A DNA stretch of 64,000 nucleotides from an uncultured Chloroflexia bacterium (lineage in GTDB: Bacteria > Chloroflexota > Anaerolineae > CG2-30-64-16). Of this stretch, positions 31,963 through 42,260 are shown in pieces; within the stretch, counting starts at the first letter, position 1, and each line of letters starts with the position of its first letter. The notes beneath the pieces were generated by a model, which did no database searches, had not been told where the DNA came from, and saw only the letters and a list, made by a program, of their open reading frames with translations. The DNA lies in the NCBI GenBank assembly GCA_963810095.1, contig CAWEMM010000007.1, positions 224,001-288,000 of the forward strand, written 5' to 3'. The translations under genes were made by a program, and so were the position numbers.

Positions 31963-33157
31963 ATGGGGTACAAGCATCCTGCCGGCGGCGACATTCGCCC
32001 GGCGCGGCGCTGGGGCTCGCTGGCGTTCGTACTCGCACTCGCCTTCGGGTTCGCACTCGTCCTCGGGCTGATTGGGCTGGCAACCAGAGCCGAAGCGCTC
32101 CCGGTTGACCCAGCGGCGCTCGACGGCATCGAAGCGCCGCCGGTGCTCGGCCATACTTTCTACGGCACAGTCAAGAACTCCCAGGGAACCTCGCTCCCCA
32201 ACGGCACGACCGTCATGGCCAAGGCAGCCAGCGGAGCGTGGACGGGCAGCGTGAGCACGAAGGTCGGACCGCCAGACGCCAACTCGGGCTATTTCGTCGT
32301 GACCGTTCCTGCCGATGATCCCGACACGGGCGCTGTAGACGGCGCGACCGCAGGAACGCCGATTATCTTCTACGTTGCCGGCGTTAAGGCGAAGATCTAT
32401 GATGTCGCGCAAGCCAAGTTCGTAGACAGCTATCCCTGGAAGTCGGGTGACTCGACGAACCTGAACCTCCAGGCCGACGTGAACTACACGATCACGGCCT
32501 CGGCCGGGGCCGGCGGAACGATTGACCCATCGGGCAGCGTCTCGGTGCCTCTCGGAGGCAGCAGGACGTTCACAATTTCCGCCAACGACAGCTATGCCAT
32601 CGCGGACGTGGTCGTCGATGGGACGTCCAAAGGCGCTGTGGGTACGTACACGTTCAGCAACGTCACATCAAACCACGCCATCGCGGCCTCGTTCGCCGCG
32701 GACGACGGGTGACCTCGCCGGTTACGTCTTCCTGGACGGCAACGGGAACGGCGTCCGTGACGCGGGAGAAGAAGCCGGGCTGGTGGGCGTGACGATCACG
32801 TTGCTCTTGCCAGGGGGCGGCACGCAGACCACCTTGACGACCGGTGCAGAGGGTGGCTACCTGTTCGGCGGCCTTGCCCCGGGCCAGTACACCGTGCAGC
32901 AGACGCAGCCGCCCGGATACGCCAGCACCAGCCCGGATTCGGTGGTTGTGGCGATAACGGCCGGCAGCCAGGCGCAGGTGAACTTCGGCGAGCGGGCCTG
33001 GACCCCGACGCCTTCGCCTACGTCCACGGGCACGCCGACCGGGACGCCGACGTCAACCCCAACCGTCACGCCGACGGCGACTGCGACGGCCACGGCCGAG
33101 CCGAGCAAGCAGATCAGAGTCTACCTACCGATTGTGATACTACCGCCGGCCCAGTAG
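31963..33157 (+). CDS. Secreted surface protein (uncharacterised N-domain, InlB-B-like, SdrD-B-like, PT linker, VYLPIV tail); frameshift at ~32700
   Basis: YTITASAGAGGTI.PSG; GYVFLDGNGNGVRDAGE; C-terminal RVYLPIVI. Confidence 0.75.
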
Positions 33158-33249
33158 GCAGGGTCGGGGCAGGCATGCCGCGTGCACAAACTGGGCCACC
33201 GCGGTATGCCTGCCGTGTGCGTCCGTCACATCCGTGTCGGGAGGACACC

Positions 33250-34237
33250 ATGAGGCCACTGCATTTAGTCATCATCGTCGGAACCTGCAGCCTCCTGTGG
33301 GCGGCCGGCGCAACCGGCGTGGCCGCGCAACCTCCCTCTCCTCCACATGCCTTCTTCGGGGCAGTCACGATTGATGGCCAGCCGGCGCCGGCCGGGACGG
33401 TGATCGAGAGTCGTGCGGAGGGCGTTCTTACCGGCATCCCGGGCAATCCGATCACGACGACCGAGTTGGGGCGGTATGGCGGACCGATGGTGCAGGAGCA
33501 AAAGCTGATCGTGCAAGGGCAGGTTGCGGATGGGGTGGTGTTGGTGTTCTATGTCAACGGGAGCCCCGCTCGCTGCGCGGCGCCCGGCGGCGACTGGCAG
33601 GACAGCTATCCGTTCCAGTCGGGCGGTGTGACTCCACTCAGTCTGAACACGGGGCGAGCGCCTGCAAATCAGCCTTCCGCTTCTCCCACTGAGACGCCAG
33701 ACGCAGCGCCGCCAGGCACAGGTGCCGGCAGCTCGCCGACCGCAACGCCCCGGTCCCCTCGCGCGGGACCGGAAGCTCCCGCGGCGACCGCAACCCCTGC
33801 CCGGCCCGAGCCGCGGGTACAAGCGTCCGCAGCCCCCACCATCCGCCAGGACCCCACAGTCGAGCCTCCTTCAGGCTCGGGCGCGAGCGTGCCGGCCGTC
33901 AGCCCTGCGCCCGCCCGCCCATCTGTAACAGCGGGTTCGCCGGCGCGAACCGCAGAACCCGTGGCGGTCAACGACCCAGCGACTCCGCTTGGCGACGCAC
34001 AAATTGCCGGCGGTACGCCCGCAGCCGCAGTGCAGGTTGCCGCGGTGGTTCGTCCGACGAGCACACCTTTGCTGCAGGCCGGGCGCGTCACCTCCGCGTA
34101 CGGCGACGCCTGTGGCATCATCATCCGGGTCGCTCGGGGTCGTCCGCCACCTACCCACCCTGGCAGCGGCCTCGTTCCTCGGCGCAGCGATTGCGCTCGT
34201 CGTGTTAGCCGTGCGGCGACTTCGGCCGGGCGGGTGA
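33250..34237 (+). CDS. Secreted, C-terminally anchored protein with Pro-rich stalk; frameshift at ~34090
   Basis: PPSPPHAFFGAVTIDGQPAPAGT domain; TM plus RRLR in frame 33989-34237. Confidence 0.65.
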
Positions 34238-34409
34238 CGCCCGAGCCGTCCTGCTGCCCAGCGACCGCACGCAGCTCCTCCGCCTCGTCCCGCCTCGACC
34301 GGCGCGGCCTGCACCCCGGCGGGTGCTCCCCGCGCGCAGGCCGGTCGGCCCCTTGGCAGCGGGTAGCGGCTGGTCTATAATGGCGCGACCCTGGCCCACG
34401 AGGACTGCC

Positions 34410-35156
34410 ATGACCGCTCTCGTTCGTCCCTACCAACCGGCAGACCGCGCTGCCATCCTCGCGATTTCAGCCGATACGGCCTATTTCGGCGATCCGGTGG
34501 AAGCCTACCTCGAGGATCGCCGTCTTGCGCAGGATTTCTTCGTCTCCTACTACCTGGACCACGAGCCCGAGCACGCGTGGACGGCTGAAGCGGACGGCGT
34601 GGTCGTGGGTTACCTGACGGGCAGCGTCGGTGGGGCGAGCGCCTCGCAGTTGAAGACCAAGACGGTGCTGCGCGCGGGGGTCCGGCTGGCCACGTTCCAG
34701 TACCGTCTCGGTCCGCTCTCTCGCCGCTACGCGCTGCGGGCTGCCCGGGCCGCGCTGCTTGGCGAGTTCCCAAACGTGGACCTGAAGCAGTATCCGGCCG
34801 AGCTGCACATCAACCTGTCCGCGGCCGCCCGGGGCCTCGGCCTGGGGAAGAAGCTGCTGTATGCCTGTCTCGACCAGATGACTGCGCTGGGTATGCCGGG
34901 GATCCATCTCAACACGACCTCGCGCAACGGGGCGGCGCTGCGTCTCTACGAGAAGGCCGGGTTTGAGCTGCTGGGCCGGCACGTATCAACGCTGTGGGAG
35001 CCGTGGCTGCCGGGCGAGGCGGTGGAGAACCTGGTGTACGGGAAGCTGCTCTGCGCGGGCGAGGCGCCCAGCGGTGTGCCCGCCGCGAAAGATTCCACGG
35101 AGGAGGCAGGCGCGCTGCCTGTCTCGACCGGCCCGGACAAACAGGGACGCCCGTGA
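34410..35156 (+). CDS. GNAT acetyltransferase
   Basis: YPAELHINL…ARGLGLG…N.AALRLYEKAGF. Confidence 0.88.
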   Translation: MTALVRPYQPADRAAILAISADTAYFGDPVEAYLEDRRLAQDFFVSYYLDHEPEHAWTAEADGVVVGYLTGSVGGASASQLKTKTVLRAGVRLATFQYRLGPLSRRYALRAARAALLGEFPNVDLKQYPAELHINLSAAARGLGLGKKLLYACLDQMTALGMPGIHLNTTSRNGAALRLYEKAGFELLGRHVSTLWEPWLPGEAVENLVYGKLLCAGEAPSGVPAAKDSTEEAGALPVSTGPDKQGRP

Positions 35157-35184
35157 TCGAGCTTGCGCTTCGCCGTGCCGCTCG

Positions 35185-36456
35185 TCACGGCACGTTCTGG
35201 ATTTCCTGGAGCTTCAGGATCGCGCCCGCGTAATCCTTCCGGTCGATCGCAGCCTTGGCGTCGGCCGCGAGCGCCTCGATGCGCTGCTGGCGCAGTTGTT
35301 CCTTGGTCGGCAGGTCAAAGATGCGGCCGTCGTCGGCGCGCATGAAGAGCACGGGCGTGCCCCATTCGGTCGGGCTGCTGGTGAACAGCTTGTTTCGTGT
35401 ATCGGTCAACGCGCGGTCGACCGCATAGCCCCGCGCCAGCCTCTCGTAGAAGGTGGAGGCGAACAAGACCGCGGCTTTGTCGGTGATCCTGAACTGCATG
35501 GCAACCGCCGCAGGGATGCCTCCCCGCACCAACTGCTGCGCCATGCCGGCAAACGGATCGCGCGTGCCCGCCTCGGCCCCGTCGCACGAGTTCAACACGG
35601 CCAGGCGGAGCTTGTCGCAGCGCAGCAGCTGTGAGAGCAGCAGGTCGCCGCCGATCTCCTCCCGGCCGCCCGCGTCGTCTTCGAAATACAACACACCTTC
35701 ATCCTCACCGGGGGTGGCTCCCGCAACCAGGCCACCATGCCCGATGTAGTGGAAGATGTGATAGACGTTGGGTTCGTCCAGGTGCTCGGCCAGCTCGTCG
35801 AGCGTGCCCTTTTCGATGATATCGACCTCGGCCAGGTTCTCCGCCTTGAGGTCGGCGAAGGCATTCTGGATGTTGCGCGCCTCGGTTTCGCTGTCCAGGC
35901 CGGTCAAGCCGCTCGGATTGGCCATCATCACCAGCACCCGGATCGGCAGCGGCGTGGTCACCGACAGGACACGCTGTGGGATCTCCATGAAGCGCACGAC
36001 CGGGGTCTCCTTGAAGATGGAGAGGTGGCGCGAGGCGGTCCGGTTGTAGAGGTACTCCCAAGGGACCTCCGCCACTTCCGGCGCATCCTGTAACCGCAAG
36101 CGAATCCGTAGACCCGAGGGTCTGTTGCTGTCCGCTTGGACCGCGTTCACACTGCTTTCAAAAACGCTTCTGACGTTGCCTACAAAGACGGCATCGAACA
36201 AGCGCTCGCCGAAGAGCCGCACCTTCGACCGGTAATCTGGCTTGGACCCGCCGATCATTTGGCCCGGCCGCCGCGCGTCGCGGGCCGGCCCCTCGACGAG
36301 GGCGCGCAGCTCGGCGATTTCCGTCGCCGTGAAGGGCCACTCCACGTTCGCCTTGCCTTGACCGCCCTTCCCATCCGCCGAAATGGAGTATCCCGCCCCG
36401 CCGTCAGTGCGTGGGGAGATGGTCAGATCGAAGTTCCAGTAATCTGACTCGGCCAT
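35185..36456 (-). CDS. CHAT domain (caspase HetF-associated) protease with intact dyad
   Basis: LRIRLRL…VPWEYL, FHYIGHG, VLNSC, AVAMQF.I.D, EWGTPVLF. Confidence 0.9.
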   Translation of the reverse strand: MAESDYWNFDLTISPRTDGGAGYSISADGKGGQGKANVEWPFTATEIAELRALVEGPARDARRPGQMIGGSKPDYRSKVRLFGERLFDAVFVGNVRSVFESSVNAVQADSNRPSGLRIRLRLQDAPEVAEVPWEYLYNRTASRHLSIFKETPVVRFMEIPQRVLSVTTPLPIRVLVMMANPSGLTGLDSETEARNIQNAFADLKAENLAEVDIIEKGTLDELAEHLDEPNVYHIFHYIGHGGLVAGATPGEDEGVLYFEDDAGGREEIGGDLLLSQLLRCDKLRLAVLNSCDGAEAGTRDPFAGMAQQLVRGGIPAAVAMQFRITDKAAVLFASTFYERLARGYAVDRALTDTRNKLFTSSPTEWGTPVLFMRADDGRIFDLPTKEQLRQQRIEALAADAKAAIDRKDYAGAILKLQEIQNVP

Positions 36457-36466
36457 GGAAGCCTCC

Positions 36467-38503
36467 TTAGCGCTTTCGGCGGAGCTCAAACGCCCGATCG
36501 ACCGCCAGCCACTCCTGCTCGGGCGGGAGTTGTACGGGCTTGAGTTCGCGCCGGCCAACGCCGGTGAGCGCCATGTCGAGCAGTTGCCACAGCGCGGTGC
36601 CCTCACCCTGGCTGCTGTAGATGCCGCGACCCCCTTCCTGCAGCACCAGCCGGCCCAGGTCGGTCGGGTACACGGTGGCGAAGAGCTTCAGCGTTTCGAC
36701 GCCACCCACCTCCTGATCGTCGTCCGCGGCGCCATCGCGATGGAACTCGTCGGGCAGAACGAGCTGCATCTCGAGGCCCGGCTCGGCCCACAGCCGCACG
36801 GTGCCGTTGGGCGGAATCTGCTCGGATGCACCTTCGCTCGGATAGACCATCGACACGCTCGAGAAGAAACCAAAGTCGAGGACGCCGACCCATATCGGCG
36901 CCGAGTGCTTGTTGACGATCTCCAGCGCGACTTTGTCGTCCTCATGAAAGACCGGGATGCCGTCCTGGCGATCGGCCTCGGCCCGGGTCCAACGGCCGTC
37001 GGCGCGCTTTCGCATCACCGAGAATTGCACTTTACCGGCCAGGACGCTGTCGGGATTCGGGTTACGCAGCCCCAGAATGTTGCGGTAACGCGACAGGCTT
37101 TCGAGTTGATCCCGCACCTCGTACGCGCTGCCCGAGCCGGCCGAGGAGACGGGCGCCATGACGAGACGGGCCGTGCGGTCGACGAGGACCCACGTCGGCT
37201 CGGCGATGGCGCTCAGTTGGGGCGCAGGATCGTCGGGCGCCGGCGCGCCCCGCGGAAGCAGCAGGTGGACCGTGACGTCGGGCACATCTGCGTCGGGTTG
37301 CCCTTCCGCGAGCCGGAGGAGGTCTGAGCCGAGCACAAGTTTCGTGAGCTCGTCGCCGGGCCACGGCAGGTCGGGCGGGGTTTCGATGCGTACACTCAGC
37401 TTCATCTCGCCAAAGAAGTGGGCCTCCTCCAGGGCAATCGCGGCCGGCTGAATGCTCGCACGGGCGGATTCCGAAAGCACCCTGGCATCGGCCTCGGTAG
37501 CCCGTACGCCCGTGATCTCCACCAGACCAAGCCGCGGCGTGTCGGGCGAGACGGCCAATGCTTCGGGAGGATAGATGGCCCATTGCGACCTGACCGTCGC
37601 ACCCTGGGCCGCGCCCACCCCCAGCACGACGCGATCTTCCACACGCTGCCTGACGGTGACGCTGCGCGCTGAAGCGGCTTCGCCGGTGGTGAACAGCGGC
37701 GCGTCCGCATCGCCGATCACCTGGGGGTGCTGGTAGGGGATGCGTGACGCCACCAGAACGCTCGCCCGGGTCCACACGTCCCGGTATGTTTCGCCGGGCT
37801 TGGCTTCCGTCAGCGCCTGCGCCACGTAGTAGGTCAGCGCACCCTGGTAGACGCCCGATGCGACCAGGAACTCCTCACAAATCTCGTCGGCCCGGCTGGC
37901 GCTGATGGCCACGAGGCTCCCCGCCGATTGTGGGCTTGCCTCGAGCAGGCCGCCAGAGTAGGGCGCGTCAAAAATGAGCACGAGGTTGCGATCGACAGCA
38001 CGGGCGGCCCAAGCCATGATCTCGTCCCCCAGCAGCAGGTTTGCTGCCTTCGGGTCCCAATCGGACGACAACAAGGCGCTGAGCATCTCGTCCGGCGGGT
38101 TTTCGCGGGGCGTCGTCTTTGCCTGGACGTAGCTGCCGGGCGGGACAAAGGACTTCCTCCCCGGGTAACCGTCGCGGATTGGCGAGGCCCAGGGCACGAC
38201 GATGCGTGCCGGGTCGGAGGTCCCCTTGGGCGCCCGCGCACCCCAGCCCGAGAAATGGACGACGACCACTTCGCCGGGGTCGCTCACCGCCAGCAGGCGA
38301 TCGAGGCTCGCGAGGATCGCCTCGCGGGTTGCGTCCGCGTCCACTAACCGGCGAATGTTCGCGCTGGAGAAGCCGAAGCGCGGCAGCACGCTGGCCATGA
38401 GTTGGACGTCGTTGACACAGCCCCGCAGCGGCGGGGCGGAAGCATACCTGTCAATGCCGATTAACAGGGCGTGGCCGCTGGTGCTTCCCGCTATCGTGGG
38501 CAT
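36467..38503 (-). CDS. Caspase-family (C14) protein with substituted dyad and DUF4384-like C-terminal domain
   Basis: ALLIGID.Y…LRGCVND…ATREAIL; HFSGWG and IFDAPYSG; GALTYY…QHPQ; C-terminal GVETLKLFAT. Confidence 0.85.
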   Translation of the reverse strand: MPTIAGSTSGHALLIGIDRYASAPPLRGCVNDVQLMASVLPRFGFSSANIRRLVDADATREAILASLDRLLAVSDPGEVVVVHFSGWGARAPKGTSDPARIVVPWASPIRDGYPGRKSFVPPGSYVQAKTTPRENPPDEMLSALLSSDWDPKAANLLLGDEIMAWAARAVDRNLVLIFDAPYSGGLLEASPQSAGSLVAISASRADEICEEFLVASGVYQGALTYYVAQALTEAKPGETYRDVWTRASVLVASRIPYQHPQVIGDADAPLFTTGEAASARSVTVRQRVEDRVVLGVGAAQGATVRSQWAIYPPEALAVSPDTPRLGLVEITGVRATEADARVLSESARASIQPAAIALEEAHFFGEMKLSVRIETPPDLPWPGDELTKLVLGSDLLRLAEGQPDADVPDVTVHLLLPRGAPAPDDPAPQLSAIAEPTWVLVDRTARLVMAPVSSAGSGSAYEVRDQLESLSRYRNILGLRNPNPDSVLAGKVQFSVMRKRADGRWTRAEADRQDGIPVFHEDDKVALEIVNKHSAPIWVGVLDFGFFSSVSMVYPSEGASEQIPPNGTVRLWAEPGLEMQLVLPDEFHRDGAADDDQEVGGVETLKLFATVYPTDLGRLVLQEGGRGIYSSQGEGTALWQLLDMALTGVGRRELKPVQLPPEQEWLAVDRAFELRRKR

Positions 38504-38712
38504 GGATGACTCCTCGTTATAACGCTGCGCTCCGCCTGCTGCCGTAACGAGAAACAAGCGGCAGAACTATTCTACACCCATCGGGGCGCCTTTGCGACAG
38601 GCGTTTTTTGGAGGTTACGTCGACGGCAAGCGCCTTAACGCAAAGGCACGTCAACACAATCGTGTTCACGTGCCTGATCGTCCTGATTGATCTGCGGTCG
38701 GGCGCGTCCGCC

Positions 38713-39408
38713 CTAGTCCGAGAGGGCTGCCGGGTCGTCCTCGAGCGCGACTTCGGCCGGAGCGGGCGCCTGGTGGCCCTTGCGGCGTGAGCGTAATGCC
38801 TCAATGCCGATCGGCACGACCGAAATGAGGATGATCGCGACGATGACCCACTCGAAGTGCTCCTTGACGAAGGGAAGGTTGCCAAAGAAGAAGCCCAGCG
38901 CGGTGAAAATGGCGACCCACGTGATGCCGCCGATCAGGTTCCAGCGAATAAAGAAGCCGTAGGACATCTGGCTCGAGCCCGCGACGAAGGGTGCGAAGGT
39001 GCGGACGATGGGCACAAACCGCGCCAGGAAGATCGTCTTGCCGCCATGCTTCTCAAAGAAGGCATGCGTCCGTTCCATGTAGTCTTTGCGGATCCACCTG
39101 ACCTCGCCCCGGTATGCCTTCGCGCCGACCTTGTGCCCGATCCAGTAGTTGACCGTGTCGCCCAGGACCGCGGCCACAGACAGCGTGACAAACACGATCA
39201 AGGCTTTGGACAGGTCGGGCGCGACCAGTGCGCCGGCCGCGAAGAGGAGCGAATCGCCGGGCAGGAAGGGGGTCACGACCAGCCCGGTTTCCATGAAGAT
39301 GATCACGAACAGGATCGCCAAGGACCACGCGCCGTACTGCGCGACAATCTGCTCCAGGTACATGTCGATGTGAAGGACGAAATCGATCACCTGCTGGATG
39401 ATTTCCAC
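38713..39408 (-). CDS. dedA: DedA family (VTT domain) membrane protein
   Basis: ETGLVVTPFLPGDSLLF, GDTVNY, ARFVPIVRTFAPFVAG. Confidence 0.92.
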   Translation of the reverse strand: MEIIQQVIDFVLHIDMYLEQIVAQYGAWSLAILFVIIFMETGLVVTPFLPGDSLLFAAGALVAPDLSKALIVFVTLSVAAVLGDTVNYWIGHKVGAKAYRGEVRWIRKDYMERTHAFFEKHGGKTIFLARFVPIVRTFAPFVAGSSQMSYGFFIRWNLIGGITWVAIFTALGFFFGNLPFVKEHFEWVIVAIILISVVPIGIEALRSRRKGHQAPAPAEVALEDDPAALSD

Positions 39409-39588
39409 GAACGGTTGCCTCCAGGATCCACGCCTACTTGTCGTGCGCGGATATTTGTCGCTCGCGCGGCGGGCGACATCCGAACGAGTATCCTCTGAAC
39501 CGCCCGCTTCGTCAAGAAAGCTGCCTACCTCTTGCGCAACGGGGTACTTGCCGCGGCGCAACGGACCACCCCGGCGCGCTGAAGCGCT

Positions 39589-39614
39589 GGAACCCTCGAG
39601 CAGCCGGGCACGTC
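39589..39614 (+). promoter_or_regulatory. Putative ECF-sigma promoter
   Basis: GGAACC-N16-CGTC upstream of the lipoprotein gene. Confidence 0.45.
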
Positions 39615-39708
39615 AGACGAGTACGGGCCGGTGCAGGTGTCGGGCCGGAGGCAATAAGCCTCCCGCAGCTGCAGGGGCCGAAAAATGTATCGAGAGGGAA
39701 GACAGCTG

Positions 39709-40152
39709 ATGATTCGATCGACATTGTTTGTACTTGCGGCCCTGGTGGCCGTGTTGTTGGTGGGGTGCGGTGCGCCTGCATCCAGCGCACCTGCCGTTGC
39801 CACGCCGTCTTCAAGCGGAGCGGAAACCCCGTTGGCCACGCCGGCTGCGGGCCAGTCGCCCGTCGCCACCCCCGCCGCGGGGCAGGCGGGCGCACTCGAT
39901 CCGGCGGTTGCCGATGCGAGCCTCGCCTGGTTGGCGGGGCAAGTGAACGTTCCTGCGGGGGACCTCCGCCTCGTCCAGGCGGAAGCGGCCGAGTGGACCG
40001 ACTCGTGCTTCGGGCTGGGCGGCCCGGCCAAGTCGTGCCTTCAAGCCATCACGCCCGGCTGGCGTATCACCTTCGAGGCCGGGGGCCAGCAGTACGAGGT
40101 GCGCACCGACCAGAACGGCGCCAGTTTCCGGCTCGTCCCTCAAGCAAGCTAA
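39709..40152 (+). CDS. Conserved hypothetical lipoprotein
   Basis: LLVGC lipobox; WTDSCFG…CLQAITPGW…YEVRT. Confidence 0.8.
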   Translation: MIRSTLFVLAALVAVLLVGCGAPASSAPAVATPSSSGAETPLATPAAGQSPVATPAAGQAGALDPAVADASLAWLAGQVNVPAGDLRLVQAEAAEWTDSCFGLGGPAKSCLQAITPGWRITFEAGGQQYEVRTDQNGASFRLVPQAS

Positions 40153-40176
40153 CGCGGGGCACGCCTTGAACTGAAT

Positions 40177-40217
40177 CAAAGAGCCGGCACACGGACTCCC
40201 CGTGTGCCGGCTCTTTG
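40177..40217. terminator. Bidirectional terminator
   Basis: CAAAGAGCCGGCACACGG…CCGTGTGCCGGCTCTTTG. Confidence 0.8.
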
Positions 40218-40249
40218 TTGTCTCTTGATGCTCCTTTGGCGGCGAGGAA

Positions 40250-41524
40250 TCAGCCGGCGGACGGCGGGAAAGCCTCTTCGATCAAGCTCACGGCAGCGCG
40301 CACACCATCTTCGCCGCGAATCTTTTCTCCAAGCGCGGCGGCCTTCCGCCGCATTTCCGGCGACCCGACCGCCTCCTCGATGGCATGCGCCAGCGACCCC
40401 GCGTCCAGCTTGCGCCGGGGGATGGGTTTCGTGCCGACGCCCAGTCTCTCCGTGAGCTGAGCCCAGAATGGCTGGTCGCCGTGGAATGGAACAACCACGG
40501 ACGGCAGGCCTGCCCGGAATGCCGCGGCGGTCGTGCCGGCCCCGCCGTGATGGACCGCGGCCGCCATGCGCGGGAGCAGCCACGAATGCGGCACCGAGCC
40601 GACGACGAACACGTTCTCGGGTACCGGCGTCGCCCCTAGACCGGCCCAGCCAGAATGCACGACCGCACGGCGCCCGTGCGCGGCCAGCGCGTCGAGGACG
40701 ACGCGGGTGGTTTGATCGGGCTTCTCGCTGCTCATGCTGCCAAAGCCGATATAGACTGGGACGGGCCCGCCCTCGATGAACTCGACCAGTTCTCGGGGCG
40801 GAGTCCATGTTTCGGGCTCGTCGGCGTACCAGAAGCCGGTCACATGCACGTTCGCCGGCCAATCCGCGGGCCTCGGCAGGACGGCCTGGCTGAACCCGTA
40901 AAGCGTGGGAGCTCTGTTGAAGAGGGGGCTGTCGAACATACCGCGAACCGGCGCGGCGGGCAAGCCAAGCAGGTCCCTGCGCGCGGCGTTGCCCGCCGAC
41001 CGCGCCGCCTGCCAGACCATCTGCCGGGTCAGCCGGTGCGAGAGCCGGTGTGTGAGCGAGCGGGGCCAGAATGACAGCCAGGGGAACAGCGCGCCAGCAT
41101 ACTCCCGGGTGGGGGTCATCGGGACGTTGTAAGCCTGCACGAAAGACAGCCCGAGTTTCTCGGCCAGGGACGCGGCGACAAACATGCCGCCGAAACCCGC
41201 GACGATCACGTCGGCCGTGCGCGCCGCCGTGAGCCCGGCTTCGACCACGAGCCGGGTCCGGGAGGTTGCCAGCTTAGTGAGTTTGAGAAAGGACGTCAGA
41301 AGATTGCCGCCTTCGATCGCAGCGCTGGCGTCTGGCGCCTGCATGGCCGCCTGGACGTTGATGTCGACGGGGCAGACCTCCAGATCGTAGGACCTTACGA
41401 GATCTGCAAACTCGGCATTTGTCAGGAGGCGAACGCGGTGGCCGGCGCGGGCGAGTCCCTGACCCAGTGCGATATAGGGTTGGACGTCGCCTCGGCTGCC
41501 GAGAGCAATGATAAGTACATGCAT
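40250..41524 (-). CDS. GT1 glycosyltransferase (sterol glucosyltransferase-like)
   Basis: GSRGDVQP, GFGSM, HHGGAGTT, GDQPFW. Confidence 0.92.
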   Translation of the reverse strand: MHVLIIALGSRGDVQPYIALGQGLARAGHRVRLLTNAEFADLVRSYDLEVCPVDINVQAAMQAPDASAAIEGGNLLTSFLKLTKLATSRTRLVVEAGLTAARTADVIVAGFGGMFVAASLAEKLGLSFVQAYNVPMTPTREYAGALFPWLSFWPRSLTHRLSHRLTRQMVWQAARSAGNAARRDLLGLPAAPVRGMFDSPLFNRAPTLYGFSQAVLPRPADWPANVHVTGFWYADEPETWTPPRELVEFIEGGPVPVYIGFGSMSSEKPDQTTRVVLDALAAHGRRAVVHSGWAGLGATPVPENVFVVGSVPHSWLLPRMAAAVHHGGAGTTAAAFRAGLPSVVVPFHGDQPFWAQLTERLGVGTKPIPRRKLDAGSLAHAIEEAVGSPEMRRKAAALGEKIRGEDGVRAAVSLIEEAFPPSAG

Positions 41525-41602
41525 AGGACGGTGACAGAGCTCCTTATTTGCAGGACATTCGACTTTGCCGATCCTACCGCAAATATTTGGAATTGTCAAA
41601 GC

Positions 41603-41624
41603 ATTGTATTATAATGATTACAGT
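41603..41624. promoter_or_regulatory. Imperfect palindrome, putative TetR operator overlapping a -10 element
   Basis: ATTGTATTATAATGATTACAGT between divergent GT1 and TetR genes. Confidence 0.45.
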
Positions 41625-41645
41625 ATTTGGCCTGAAGGAGTGGCT

Positions 41646-42260
41646 GTGAGCAACGGGTTCGAACGCCGGAAAGAGCAGAGCAAAGAGGACATCCGCCAAG
41701 CGGCAGCCGAGTTGTTTGCGCAATTCGGGATCGAGCGGGTCAGCATGGCCGAGATCGCGAGGAAGGCCGGGGTATCTCAAGCCACGATTTACAACAACTT
41801 CGGAAGCAAGGACGCGCTCGTGCGGGAGTTCGAGAGCGCAGCGGTGGCAGGGTTAATCGAGGCGGTGGAGCAGGCGTTGGCGCCTGAAATGCCATTCGCG
41901 GAGAAAATCCGCGCGCTTACAGCGTTGATCGGCGGGATGATCGCCGGCGGCCCGCGCATGGATGCGGCAACGACGGTCTTCAACAGCAGCGTGGACTTGC
42001 AGGGCGACCCCGAAATCCGGCACATTCGCAACGCAGCTCATGAGAGGATGACCGCGGTGCTGCTCCGCCTGGCCGGCGAGGGCCGTCAGCAAGGCGAGGT
42101 CAACCCGCGCCTTTCGGACGAGGCGCTGCGGGTCTACTTCCGCGCGTTCATGGACATGTTTATCGACCCGGAACTGCACCGGCGCCTCGCAAGCAGCGGG
42201 CAGTTGAACGAGGAACTGGGGGGCCTGCTGCTCTACGGTCTGCGCGGTCCTCGCAACTAG
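41646..42260 (+). CDS. TetR/AcrR family regulator
   Basis: AAELF…SMAEIARKAGVSQATIYNNFGSKDAL. Confidence 0.92.
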   Translation: MSNGFERRKEQSKEDIRQAAAELFAQFGIERVSMAEIARKAGVSQATIYNNFGSKDALVREFESAAVAGLIEAVEQALAPEMPFAEKIRALTALIGGMIAGGPRMDAATTVFNSSVDLQGDPEIRHIRNAAHERMTAVLLRLAGEGRQQGEVNPRLSDEALRVYFRAFMDMFIDPELHRRLASSGQLNEELGGLLLYGLRGPRN

